In this document: positions 1 through 9,248 of the stretch, piece by piece
Layout: each line of letters begins with the position of its first letter
Numbering within the stretch: position 1 is the first letter of the stretch
Assembly: GCA_965214095.1 (NCBI GenBank)
Contig: OZ243938.1
Span: 4,224,001 to 4,288,000 of the forward strand
DNA length: 64,000 nt
DNA from: Candidatus Poribacteria bacterium
GTDB taxonomy: Bacteria > Poribacteria > WGA-4E > WGA-3G
Direction: 5' to 3'
The notes under the pieces: model-generated
Seen by the model: only the letters and a program-made list of their open reading frames with translations
Told to the model about the DNA's origin: nothing
Databases searched by the model: none
Translations under genes and position numbers: made by a program

Positions 1-282
1 AGTGTAGCAACTGAATTGAACGGTGATAAAATAGGATGGCCTAGGCTTGCCGCATCTTGTGAATATCATAGTCCATTGAGATTTGAAGATGAGGTGGACA
101 TACACCTTTGGGTTTCCAAGAAAGGCACCAAGTCACTGACATATCAATTTTCATTTACACTTGAAGGTAAGGATATTGCACGTGGAGAGTTAACGACTGT
201 TTGCTGTGTAACAAATCCTGGAGAAACATTACGCGCAATTCCTATTCCTGAATTCATCGCATCCCAAATTACACCAAAATAA
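1..282 (+). CDS. Acyl-CoA thioesterase (4HBT/hotdog fold), 5'-partial
   Basis: Frame open from base 1; WPRLAASCEYHSPLRFEDEV...SLTYQF...ARGELTTVC pattern typical of 4HBT thioesterases. Confidence 0.75.
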   Translation, partial: SVATELNGDKIGWPRLAASCEYHSPLRFEDEVDIHLWVSKKGTKSLTYQFSFTLEGKDIARGELTTVCCVTNPGETLRAIPIPEFIASQITPK

Positions 283-286
283 AACA

Positions 287-694
287 ATGAAATATATTTA
301 TCATCAAGAAGATGCCGAAGTGGTTTGCATTGAAGGCGATGCACCACGAACGCTCTATACACTCATAGAACCCAACACTCAGAAAGACACACGGTTTGCA
401 ATGGGACTTGAGGAAATTGATCCACACAGTGAGATTCCGATGCATTCTCATAGCCACTCAGAGGAGATTATATTTGTGTTTGGTGGGAAAGGACAGGCAT
501 ACATTGATGATGAGGTGACAGACCTGACACCAGGTACAGTGATATATCTTCCACCGAATGTTGAGCATCGTTTTGTTAACACAGGAGATGAACCGCTCTG
601 GATTACATGGACACTTTCCCCACCCGGATTCGAGAATCAGATTCGGAAAATTGCTGATGGGTCGGCGGGGATGGAAGTATTCAGTGAATCTTGA
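287..694 (+). CDS. Cupin domain protein
   Basis: PMHSHSHSEE and PPNVEH cupin motifs. Confidence 0.85.
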   Translation: MKYIYHQEDAEVVCIEGDAPRTLYTLIEPNTQKDTRFAMGLEEIDPHSEIPMHSHSHSEEIIFVFGGKGQAYIDDEVTDLTPGTVIYLPPNVEHRFVNTGDEPLWITWTLSPPGFENQIRKIADGSAGMEVFSES

Positions 695-699
695 TAGGA

Positions 700-2799
700 T
701 TATACTGAACCACTAACAGATGAAGGTGCAACATCATAGTGTGAAAATTCCAATGTAAATGCCCCGCGTCCTTGCGTCATAGAACGAAGACGGGTTGTAT
801 ATTGGAATGTTTCTGCTAATGGTATGATGGCATTGATGACATTATTTGCGTCTTGGGTAGTTGTCTCGTTGATTTGTGCGCGTCTGGCATTTAGGTCACC
901 GATGACCTTACCAAGGTGTTCATCTGGCACAGTTATGTGAATTTGCATTATTGGTTCAAGCAGTAGTGGATTTGCTTGTCTGACAGCCTTTTCAAAAGCC
1001 AATACTGCGGCTGCTTCATAGGCGATCTCAGAAGAGTCGGTAGCATGTGTGGAACCACCGATCAATGTCACCTTAATATCTTGTAGTGTGTAACCCATGA
1101 GTGCACCTGTTCCCATTGCCCCTTCAAGTGCATTTTCTATAGCGTGAACATACTGACGTGGTATCTGAGTTTCATCGGTTCTGTCCTCAAATTGAAAACC
1201 TTCCTCCCGTTCCAAAGGTTCAACACGAACTTCAACATCACCAAAAATACCTTCCTCATCAGTCTTATGAATATGTGTTCCGCGTCCTTTTGCTGTAGTG
1301 CTTATTGTCTCACGGTATGCTACCTGTAGTTTACTAACTCGTGCATTTACGCCAAACTCTCTTATCATCCGGTCAGTAAGTATCTCTAAGTGAAGTTCAC
1401 CCATACCAGAGATAATACGTTGTCCAGTTTCCTTGTCAATACCAACTGTAAAAGTAGGATCTTCATCCATTAGTTTTTCAAGTGTTTCTTCTAAATCGTC
1501 CGTATCACTTGCACGTTCAGGTTCAATCGCAATAGATATGACTGGAGGCGGAAACTCAATGGATTCAAGTAACAGTGGGTGCTGCAGATCGCTCAGAGTG
1601 TGTCCAGTTTTTGTGGTTCGCATCCCTACAAGTGCAACGATGTCACCTGCATAAGCTGCATCACAAGTTTCTTCTTTATTTGCATGCATCTGTAGAATAC
1701 GATTAACTCTCTCACGTTTTTCAGTCGCTACATTGTAGACGACTTCACCTCGTTTGAGCGTTCCTGAATAGACACGGCAGTAGACCAACTTATCCACTGT
1801 GTCATGACTTGCCACTTTAAATGCTAATGCAGAGAATGGCTCTGTGTCGTCCGCATGACGAACAACTCTTTCAACCTGTTGTGTTTCTTCTTTTTTAGAC
1901 GATTTTCTTTTTGACTGTTTTGACACCTCACCTTCAATTGGCGGTACATCAATTGGAGAAGGTAGATAATTAATAACTGCATTCAGAAGTGGTTGGACTC
2001 CTTGGTTTTTTAGAGAGCTGCCGCATAGGACTGGAATAAAACTTCCTTTGAGTGTTGCACTTCGTATTCCATCAATTAGTTCTTCGTTTGAAATCTCTAT
2101 GCCCTCAATATATTTCTCAAGTAGTTCATCATCTTCAGAGGCAACATTTTCAACGAGTGATTCGCGGGCAGTATTCGCTGCTTCTTGGAATTCAGATGGA
2201 ATATCTTTTTCTTCGAAGGTCTTTCCTTGATCAGTATCGTCCCAATAAATGGCTTTCATCGTAATCAGATCAACAACACCTGTGAAATCACGTCCTTCAC
2301 CGATTGGTATTTGCAGTGGGACAGGATTTGTGCCGAATCGGTCTTGCATCATCTCAAGGACACGCGAGAAATTTGCACCAACACGATCCATCTTATTGAC
2401 GAATGCAAGACGGGGTATGTTGTACCGTTCTGCTTGATTCCACACCGTTTCTGATTGGGGTTCAACACCACCGACAGCACAGAAAAGTGCGATCGCTCCA
2501 TCTAATACTCGGAGGGATCGTTCTACCTCTACGGTAAAATCTACGTGTCCGGGTGTGTCAATTAGATGGATAGCATGGTCTTGCCAAAAGCAGGTTGTCG
2601 CTGCAGCAGTGATTGTTACACCGCGTTCGCGTTCCTGCACCATCCAATCCATTTCTGCGGTGCCTTCATCTACTGTGCCGATTTTATGTTTTTTTCCTGT
2701 ATAGAAAAGGATGCGTTCGGTGGTTGTTGTTTTTCCAGCATCAATGTGTGCTGCAATTCCGATATTGCGCACCTTTTCAATTGGATATTCGCGTGCCAT
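700..2799 (-). CDS. fusA: Elongation factor G (stand-alone paralogue)
   Basis: [49 protein letters not shown]; not flanked by rpsL/rpsG/tuf. Confidence 0.92.
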   Translation of the reverse strand: MAREYPIEKVRNIGIAAHIDAGKTTTTERILFYTGKKHKIGTVDEGTAEMDWMVQERERGVTITAAATTCFWQDHAIHLIDTPGHVDFTVEVERSLRVLDGAIALFCAVGGVEPQSETVWNQAERYNIPRLAFVNKMDRVGANFSRVLEMMQDRFGTNPVPLQIPIGEGRDFTGVVDLITMKAIYWDDTDQGKTFEEKDIPSEFQEAANTARESLVENVASEDDELLEKYIEGIEISNEELIDGIRSATLKGSFIPVLCGSSLKNQGVQPLLNAVINYLPSPIDVPPIEGEVSKQSKRKSSKKEETQQVERVVRHADDTEPFSALAFKVASHDTVDKLVYCRVYSGTLKRGEVVYNVATEKRERVNRILQMHANKEETCDAAYAGDIVALVGMRTTKTGHTLSDLQHPLLLESIEFPPPVISIAIEPERASDTDDLEETLEKLMDEDPTFTVGIDKETGQRIISGMGELHLEILTDRMIREFGVNARVSKLQVAYRETISTTAKGRGTHIHKTDEEGIFGDVEVRVEPLEREEGFQFEDRTDETQIPRQYVHAIENALEGAMGTGALMGYTLQDIKVTLIGGSTHATDSSEIAYEAAAVLAFEKAVRQANPLLLEPIMQIHITVPDEHLGKVIGDLNARRAQINETTTQDANNVINAIIPLAETFQYTTRLRSMTQGRGAFTLEFSHYDVAPSSVSGSV

Positions 2800-2828
2800 T
2801 TGTTTCCTTATTTAGAATAAGAAGAATT

Positions 2829-3830
2829 CTAAGTGTCTTTATTCCATTGTAGAACAACACCAAGCAGACCAGGATTCCATTCCATTAGCATTTGATATGC
2901 CTTCGGTGCTTCGTGTCCAAGAACTTTGTGACTTATCAGTGGATTGACATTAAACCTATTATGTGAAATTAGAGAGATCATCAAACGACAATCATCATCG
3001 CTTGTCCAAAAATTTGGTGATGATTCTTGACGGGGACGAATAGAATTGTGTGCTCCATATAAGATCAATCCCTTTTTATGTACATCCCGATAGAAGTTGA
3101 CCATTGGAGTTTCACCACGGGTGCTTGCTAATAGAACAACCCTTGCACCCCATCCTGCAACTTTCATTGCAGTGGAAATACCTTCTGGATGACCAGTTGC
3201 CTCAATTACTATTGTTGGTCCTTTTCCCATTGTCGCATCGTTTAACTGATGAGAAAAATCTTTATCTTCTGGGTTTAGAATATAGTCTGATCCAATTGAT
3301 TTTGAAAGTTCAAGACGACTGTCTGTTAAATCCGCTGCTATCAAGGGAAATGCACCACTCAGTTTAGCGAGTTGTAAAGCAAGCAATCCGATGAGTCCTT
3401 GTCCAAGTATCAATGTAGGTTCTCCGAGCTCAATTCTTGCCTTCCGTATTCCTTGCAATGCAATTGCACTGAGATTGAAAAAGACAACTTCTTCGGAGGA
3501 AACATCTGAAGATTCTACCTTAAGTAATCTACTTGGAGATGTGATAGCGTGACTGGTATGACCGATGGTAGATGCGACACGGTCATCTATTGCTATACCA
3601 CTAACATTTTTCCCTACGTCTACAACTTTTCCAATATTGCTATATCCTGGACGGGTAGGATAATTTCCCATTGCATTTGGTAATCCTAACAAAAACGCTC
3701 GTTCCGTCCCAGGACTTATGAGTGTACACTCAGATTCAATCAATACTTCATCATCTTTGATGGCATGTATTTCAAATTCTTCAATATCTACTTTGGCGCG
3801 ACTTGGCCATACAACACGTTGTCCTATCAT
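2829..3830 (-). CDS. MDR-family (zinc-binding type) alcohol dehydrogenase
   Basis: ISPGTE, PGYS, GQGLIG Rossmann motif, IEATG; start moved to ATG 3830 behind a GAGG RBS. Confidence 0.8.
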   Translation of the reverse strand: MIGQRVVWPSRAKVDIEEFEIHAIKDDEVLIESECTLISPGTERAFLLGLPNAMGNYPTRPGYSNIGKVVDVGKNVSGIAIDDRVASTIGHTSHAITSPSRLLKVESSDVSSEEVVFFNLSAIALQGIRKARIELGEPTLILGQGLIGLLALQLAKLSGAFPLIAADLTDSRLELSKSIGSDYILNPEDKDFSHQLNDATMGKGPTIVIEATGHPEGISTAMKVAGWGARVVLLASTRGETPMVNFYRDVHKKGLILYGAHNSIRPRQESSPNFWTSDDDCRLMISLISHNRFNVNPLISHKVLGHEAPKAYQMLMEWNPGLLGVVLQWNKDT

Positions 3831-3944
3831 GAATCTCAACCTCTTAACATAAGAAGGATAATCGTTTTGAAGTATATCACAAAAACCAATATCCTTCAAG
3901 TTTAATTATGCTAATTCTATAGATGAATTTGCATTTTGAACAAG

Positions 3945-3975
3945 TAATGTAAGAGGACAATGAAATGCGTCCTAC
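3945..3975 (-). repeat. GTAG-type REP-like hairpin (degenerate copy of the 39344-39376 motif)
   Basis: TAATGTAAGAGGACAATGAAATGCGTCCTAC vs TAATGTAAGAGGCGCAATGAATTGCGCGACTAC. Confidence 0.55.
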
Positions 3976-3993
3976 GAAGGTGTTTTCCACAGG

Positions 3994-4026
3994 CCGGTAG
4001 TTCGGTTAGGAAACCGAACCTACCGG
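3994..4026 (-). repeat. GTAG-type REP-like hairpin (CGGTT-AGGA-AACCG family)
   Basis: CCGGTAGTTCGGTT AGGA AACCGAACCTACCGG; same core at 5850-5874 and 32617-32641. Confidence 0.7.
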
Positions 4027-4064
4027 TACTGGAAGGCCGTTAAATTGACACCTGTAGTGACTGT

Positions 4065-5669
4065 TTATCTATCGTCCGATTGAATTCTTAGTGTTTCATA
4101 ATTCGCACGTTGACGTAGATCTTTGAAGTAGATGAGAGCTAACTTTTCATTATTTTCTTTGAGTTTGTCAACAACCTTCGAAAAATCATCTAAGGTTTTA
4201 ATCTCTGTATAATCTACCTCTTTGATGAGATAACCAGGTCTGATACCACTTCTTGCGGCAGGACTTCTTTGTTCAACTTCTACGACAATGACGCCAGTTT
4301 CATCTTGGTGTCCGTAACGTTTTGCAAGTTGAGGAGTTAAGTTTTGCACACGCATTCCCGATAAAGTTACATGACTGTCAATAACTTGTTCAGGTGAATC
4401 AAAACTTGCTAATGCTTCTTCAGTCCGTTTGTCAAGTTTTACGGTTAAGAGAATTTCTTTTCCTTCTCTTAGGACTTTCACTTTAACTTTAGAACCGACT
4501 CCAGCAGATGCAACAGTTCGCATGAGATGTGAAGTGTCTTTGATTGTTTGCCCATTAAATTCAAGGACTACATCGCGCCGTTGTATACCCGCTTTTTCAG
4601 CAGGACTATTTTTACCGACTACTACTACAATAGCACCTCGTGGTTCATCAAGATTCAGTTTTTCTGCCATATCGTGATCAACAACGTCCATTCTTATACC
4701 GAGCCAACCACGGATAATTTTTCCATGTTCAATAAGTTGTGGCAGCAGATCACTCGCAAGATTACTTGGGATTGCAAAACCTATACCTACATTACCTGCG
4801 GCATATCCATTTGTAGCAATTAGGGTATTTATACCGACCAATTCACCACGGATATTAATTAATGCCCCACCACTATTCCCTTGATTTATCGGTGTGTCAG
4901 TCTGAATGAAGTTGCTATATTTAATATTGGATCGGTATCTATCCTTCGCACTCACAATACCGCGCGTTACTGTCTGAGAGAGATTAAAAGGAGTGCCAAT
5001 TGCAACAACCCATTCACCGACTTCAAGTGAATCTGAATTCCCGAAGGGGAGTGGAGATAATCCTTTTTCGTCTATTTTAAGAACTGCTAAATCAGTTCCG
5101 TAACCTTCCGTTTCAGCTGGATCAGTTCCAATTAACTCCGCATCGTATTGTTTTCCATTTGATAAGGTTATCATTATTTCATCAGCCTTATCAATAACAT
5201 GGTTGTTTGTAAGTATAAATCCATCATCACTAACGATTACACCCGAACCGATTCCGATGGCTTGCCTGGTAGGTGGTTGATTGTTTGGATTTCCTTCCTC
5301 AAAATCTCTTTGATTCGGATTCAATTCAAATCTGTCAAAGAATCTTCTGAATTCTTCTGTATCAAAACCATCTGGAGGGATAATTTGATACCTTGAATTT
5401 GTCCGTTCAATTGTTTGTTTTCTAATCGTTGTTATCTGGACAACAGATGGACTTGTGTGTTTTACTAAATTTATAAATGCGCGGTTCGCACGGTCAAGAT
5501 ATTGGAAATCTTCCGATTCCACGAATTTTTTGTGCGTATCACCAATTGCTGCCGGTATAACAAATTTATCGCCATCATGACTAATAATGAATCCGGCTGC
5601 AACAGCAAGTGCAGATATAATTAAAATAAGTGCTACTTTTCGGTGTAGTAAGTTTCTGAAATTTAACAT
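4065..5669 (-). CDS. HtrA/DegP-family serine protease with two PDZ domains
   Basis: N-terminal hydrophobic segment, GSGVIV, TNNHV, DLAVL, INQGNSGGAL, two PDZ-like repeats. Confidence 0.92.
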   Translation of the reverse strand: MLNFRNLLHRKVALILIISALAVAAGFIISHDGDKFVIPAAIGDTHKKFVESEDFQYLDRANRAFINLVKHTSPSVVQITTIRKQTIERTNSRYQIIPPDGFDTEEFRRFFDRFELNPNQRDFEEGNPNNQPPTRQAIGIGSGVIVSDDGFILTNNHVIDKADEIMITLSNGKQYDAELIGTDPAETEGYGTDLAVLKIDEKGLSPLPFGNSDSLEVGEWVVAIGTPFNLSQTVTRGIVSAKDRYRSNIKYSNFIQTDTPINQGNSGGALINIRGELVGINTLIATNGYAAGNVGIGFAIPSNLASDLLPQLIEHGKIIRGWLGIRMDVVDHDMAEKLNLDEPRGAIVVVVGKNSPAEKAGIQRRDVVLEFNGQTIKDTSHLMRTVASAGVGSKVKVKVLREGKEILLTVKLDKRTEEALASFDSPEQVIDSHVTLSGMRVQNLTPQLAKRYGHQDETGVIVVEVEQRSPAARSGIRPGYLIKEVDYTEIKTLDDFSKVVDKLKENNEKLALIYFKDLRQRANYETLRIQSDDR

Positions 5670-5806
5670 GATTTTTTCCTCCAGTAAATTTAATCACAAA
5701 AAAGACTATATCATTTGTGTTTTCGCACTAAAAACACACCAATAATTTAAAATAGTTGCAAAAAAATCTATAATTCACCTCTCATAGTCCGTGAAGCCCA
5801 AGTCTT

Positions 5807-5921
5807 ATGAAGATTAAGAAATAAATTAGGTAATTTCCTTGAGAAGTCCGGAGCGGTTAGGAAACCGCTCCTACCGGGTTTGAGAAAATGAGAATTACCC
5901 GTTTAATAAATTAATCTTCAT
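5807..5921. mobile_element. 115-bp MITE-like insert with a central REP hairpin, inside the IS left-end hairpin loop
   Basis: Terminal IR ATGAAGATTAA/TTAATCTTCAT; internal GGAGCGGTT-AGGA-AACCGCTCC-TAC; related copy at 32576-32688. Confidence 0.65.
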
Positions 5922-5967
5922 TAGACTTGGGATATGAGAACTTTTCTTTGCTTTAGCCCAAATATAT

Positions 5968-5996
5968 TTGACTATTAACTAAATATATGTTATTAT
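5968..5996 (+). promoter_or_regulatory. Sigma70-like promoter for tnpA
   Basis: TTGACT-17-TATTAT. Confidence 0.5.
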
Positions 5997-6029
5997 ATAT
6001 AATATATATCTAATAAATGAATATATAGA

Positions 6030-6446
6030 ATGTTAGAACTTAAAGAAAAACCCTCTACCTACAAATCAACTCATTCTTTAGTCTATAGTTGTGATTACCA
6101 TGTGATTTGGTGCACAAAATATCGTCGTCCTGTGCTTGTCTCTCCTATTGCTGAACGGCTCAAAACACTGATCTATGAACAGCAAGAGGTTTATGGGTAT
6201 GAAGTGCACGCCTGTGAAGTGATGGATGACCATGTTCATATTCTGATGAGTAGTAGTCCCCAACTCGCTCCTGCATCTGTCGTTGGCAGGATCAAAGGTT
6301 GGACTTCTCGTGTGTTGCGTGATGAGTATCCCTCTCTGAAATCTCGTATTCCCTCGCTTTGGACGCGTTCTAAATTTATCGCCTCCACAGGGGGTATCGC
6401 TTTAGAAGTGCTTCGCAAGTATGTAGAGAACCAGCGAGGTAAATAA
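6030..6446 (+). CDS. tnpA: IS200/IS605 Y1 (HUH) transposase TnpA
   Basis: YHVIWCTKYRR, DHVH (HUH), LWTRS, YVENQ catalytic Tyr. Confidence 0.93.
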   Translation: MLELKEKPSTYKSTHSLVYSCDYHVIWCTKYRRPVLVSPIAERLKTLIYEQQEVYGYEVHACEVMDDHVHILMSSSPQLAPASVVGRIKGWTSRVLRDEYPSLKSRIPSLWTRSKFIASTGGIALEVLRKYVENQRGK

Positions 6447-7708
6447 TGGTTTTAACGTTCAAATACCGCTTGTATCCGACACCTACGCAAGAAACCGAGT
6501 TATATCAATATCTTTCGCATTTGTGTGAGTTACACAACTCAGCGCGACTGAATCGTATGCGTGCGTATGAAGAAGAGAAACGTTCTGTAAGTTATGCTGA
6601 ACAGTGTCGGCTTCTGACACAAGCACGTGCAAAGTATGAAGACTTCGACATTGTGCCGCAAGAGTTTCAGAAACACGCACTTCAACGTGTGAACAAAGCT
6701 TTTGCGAACTTTTTCCGTCGTGTCAAACAAGGCGGTGAAAAACCGGGATTCCCACGCTATCGCAAACGTATCCGTTCTCTCACCTGGAGTCTACGTAAGA
6801 ACAAAGCAGGCATTCGTCAAAATCCTATTCGTCCAACGAAGCACCGTTTAGATAGACTGATTGTGCCCAAACTCGGTGAAATCAAGATGCGGATGTCCCG
6901 TCCCATCCAAGGTGACCCGAAAGAGGTTACTATCGTGAAAAAAGCCTCCGGGTGGTATGCACATATCTCCTGCGACATCGGTGATACGCCGAAAGTGGAA
7001 CCGACCCGTGCTGTTGCCGTTGATGTCGGCACGAACCACTATTTGACGACATCTGCGGGTGAAAAAGTTGGAAACCCGCGTTGGTATCGCAAAGCGGAGG
7101 GGTTACTCCGCAAGCACGCTAAAGACCTTTCTCGTAAAAAGTTAGGTTCTCACCGTAGAAAGAAACAACACCACAAACTCGCTTTACATCAGGAGCGCAC
7201 TGTAAACAGACGCAGAGACTTTATCGGTAAACTCGTTTACAAACTCTACCATCATAAGAAAAATAATGTCTTGGTAACCGAAAATCTAAATACTGCCAAT
7301 ATGGTTCAGAACAAATACCTCAGCAAGAGTATCAGCGATGCGTCTTGGGCACACTTCTTTGAGTGGTGTGGGAACATAGCCGAAAGAGACGGTTTCCATT
7401 TCCACCAAGTTGATCCGAAGAACACCTCGCAAACTTGCTCTTGCTGCGGGCAGAAAGCACCGAAAAAGTTATCGCTATCGGTGCGGACATTCAACTGCGG
7501 ATATTGTGGACACTCGCTTGACCGAGACCACAACGCTGCAGTAAACATACTTTTTCGGGCAGCTGCTGCCCGTCGTGGAGAGCGGTGGGTTACCACCCTC
7601 TATGAAACGAGAAACAAGAACGAAGCAACAAAGGCTATGGAGAAGAAAATCATTCAGTTATCGCTGTTTGAACCTCTTAACAATCCCAATGCCTTTAGGC
7701 TTGGGTAG
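6446..7708 (+). CDS. tnpB: RNA-guided endonuclease TnpB
   Basis: FKYRLYPT N-terminus; RuvC AVDVG / ENL / DRDHNAAVNI; Zn finger CSCCG..CGYCG. Confidence 0.93.
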   Translation: MVLTFKYRLYPTPTQETELYQYLSHLCELHNSARLNRMRAYEEEKRSVSYAEQCRLLTQARAKYEDFDIVPQEFQKHALQRVNKAFANFFRRVKQGGEKPGFPRYRKRIRSLTWSLRKNKAGIRQNPIRPTKHRLDRLIVPKLGEIKMRMSRPIQGDPKEVTIVKKASGWYAHISCDIGDTPKVEPTRAVAVDVGTNHYLTTSAGEKVGNPRWYRKAEGLLRKHAKDLSRKKLGSHRRKKQHHKLALHQERTVNRRRDFIGKLVYKLYHHKKNNVLVTENLNTANMVQNKYLSKSISDASWAHFFEWCGNIAERDGFHFHQVDPKNTSQTCSCCGQKAPKKLSLSVRTFNCGYCGHSLDRDHNAAVNILFRAAAARRGERWVTTLYETRNKNEATKAMEKKIIQLSLFEPLNNPNAFRLG

Positions 7709-8060
7709 TTGAATCTCCTCTTGATATTCTATCTACATGTTCTTGAACTATATGTTTAGGACAGGATTTAATAAATAGCCAGGCCCCCGGTACAAGTATC
7801 ACGAATGCTCCAATGCAAATATCATCAAATCGACCAATTATAGGGATGAAATCGAAATCAAACGGAAAGACTAAATAGGCTATTGCAAAGATAACAGCAA
7901 GCACCTCAAAGACGACGAGTATGGCTTTACGATAGACAGGCACACGTTCATCTTTGAAAAGACGCATCGTCAACCGGATGAAGTTTGGTAGATTGAGTAA
8001 GATACGAAGAAAGCGGAAGATTCCTCGTCCTTTACCACCAAAGAAAAATGGATTTATCAT
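7695..8060 (-). CDS. DUF1232/YkvA-like membrane protein; last codons supplied by the IS right end
   Basis: DERVP, YLVFPFDFDFIPIIGRFDD motif. Confidence 0.75.
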   Translation of the reverse strand: MINPFFFGGKGRGIFRFLRILLNLPNFIRLTMRLFKDERVPVYRKAILVVFEVLAVIFAIAYLVFPFDFDFIPIIGRFDDICIGAFVILVPGAWLFIKSCPKHIVQEHVDRISRGDSTTQA

Positions 8061-8125
8061 ATATTTATTTTATCAAAAATAGTATGTGTAGTGCAAATTA
8101 TTTTCCTCTATACGTCAATTAGAAT

Positions 8126-8154
8126 TTGACACCAACACATATAATTAGTATACT
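8126..8154 (+). promoter_or_regulatory. Sigma70-like promoter
   Basis: TTGACA-17-TATACT upstream of an AAGGAG RBS. Confidence 0.65.
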
Positions 8155-8190
8155 ACCTCAAGATTTATTTCAATATACTAAGGAGACATT

Positions 8191-8979
8191 ATGGCAACAA
8201 AACTCACAGGACAACCTGCAGCACAACTTTATACGGTCAGGGAATTTACTAAAACTGAATCTGATATTGCAGAGACTATGAATAAGGTGAAAACACTCGG
8301 TTACGATGCAGTTCAATGTTCAGCATTGGGACCGATTGAACCTGCGGCACTCAAGAAAATAGTTGATGATGAAGGTCTCACGATTTGTGCGACTCACACC
8401 AGTTATAACCGGATGCGTGATGAACCACAAGCAGTTATTGATGATCACCAATTGTGGGGATGCAAACATGCAGCAATCGGAGGACTTCCCGGTGAATACC
8501 GAAGCACAGAAGGATATTCTAAGTTTGCTAAAGAAGCATCTGAAGTTGCAGCGCGCCTTGCAGAAGGGGGAATTACCTTTTCCTACCACAATCACAGTTT
8601 TGAGTTGGAACGTTATGATGATGGACGCACTGGTTTACAAATCTTGTATGAGGATAGTAATCCAGAATACTTCAATAGCGAAATTGATACATATTGGATA
8701 CAACATGGTGGTGGGGACCCTGCGGATTGGATTCGTAAGTTAAAGGGACGTGCCCATATTGTGCATCTTAAGGATATGGCTGTGGTTGGGAATTCACAAC
8801 GTTATGCTGAAGTTGGTGAGGGAAATCTGAATTGGATTGCAATTCTGAACGCATGTATATACGCTGAAGTTGAATGGTATATCATTGAACAAGATTCTTG
8901 TTATGAACGCGATCCGTTTGAGAGCTTAGGTATTAGTCTTAAGAATCTGCAATCAATGATACCTTCAGAGTTTAAATAG
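8191..8979 (+). CDS. Sugar phosphate isomerase/epimerase (AP_endonuc_2 TIM barrel)
   Basis: QLYTVR, YHNHSFE, EIDTYW, HLKD, EVGEGNL, IEQD. Confidence 0.88.
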   Translation: MATKLTGQPAAQLYTVREFTKTESDIAETMNKVKTLGYDAVQCSALGPIEPAALKKIVDDEGLTICATHTSYNRMRDEPQAVIDDHQLWGCKHAAIGGLPGEYRSTEGYSKFAKEASEVAARLAEGGITFSYHNHSFELERYDDGRTGLQILYEDSNPEYFNSEIDTYWIQHGGGDPADWIRKLKGRAHIVHLKDMAVVGNSQRYAEVGEGNLNWIAILNACIYAEVEWYIIEQDSCYERDPFESLGISLKNLQSMIPSEFK

Positions 8980-9071
8980 ATCACACAAATGCTTTGGCAG
9001 GATATTGTGTTTTTCAGTGTTCTGCCATATTTCTTAGATAGATGAATTGAGCGTCAACAATCTATTTTTAC

Positions 9072-9100
9072 TTGACTTTTCAACGCAATTATGATAAAAT
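9072..9100 (+). promoter_or_regulatory. Sigma70-like promoter for tRNA-Pro/hom
   Basis: TTGACT-17-TAAAAT with TG extension. Confidence 0.65.
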
Positions 9101-9123
9101 AATTGGGTGACATTCTTAATTTT

Positions 9124-9197
9124 CGGGGCGTGGCGCAGCCCGGAAGCGCGCTTGAATGGGGTTCAAGAGGTCGCTGGTTCGAATCCAGTCGCCCCGA
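9124..9197 (+). tRNA. tRNA-Pro(GGG), CCA not encoded
   Basis: Acceptor CGGGGCG/CGCCCCG-A; anticodon arm CTTGA-ATGGGGT-TCAAG; T-arm GGTTCGAATCC. Confidence 0.95.
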
Positions 9198-9248
9198 TTT
9201 TTTGTTGTATTATTGGGTAAATATGTTAACATAAAGGCAGTTATAGTC

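Larger units (their letters stand above)
5779..7713 (+). mobile_element. IS200/IS605-family element (tnpA + tnpB)
   Basis: LE: TCAC (5775-5778), then GAAG and hairpin CCCAAGTC..GACTTGGG. RE: CAAT, hairpin CCCAATGCC-TTTA-GGCTTGGG, then TGAA (7710-7713). Excision restores a stop codon to the neighbouring gene. Confidence 0.88.

Noticed and set aside
9124-9197. tRNA-Pro as an integration site for an island or prophage
   Set aside because: No integrase, and I saw no duplicated tRNA 3' end; core genes follow directly
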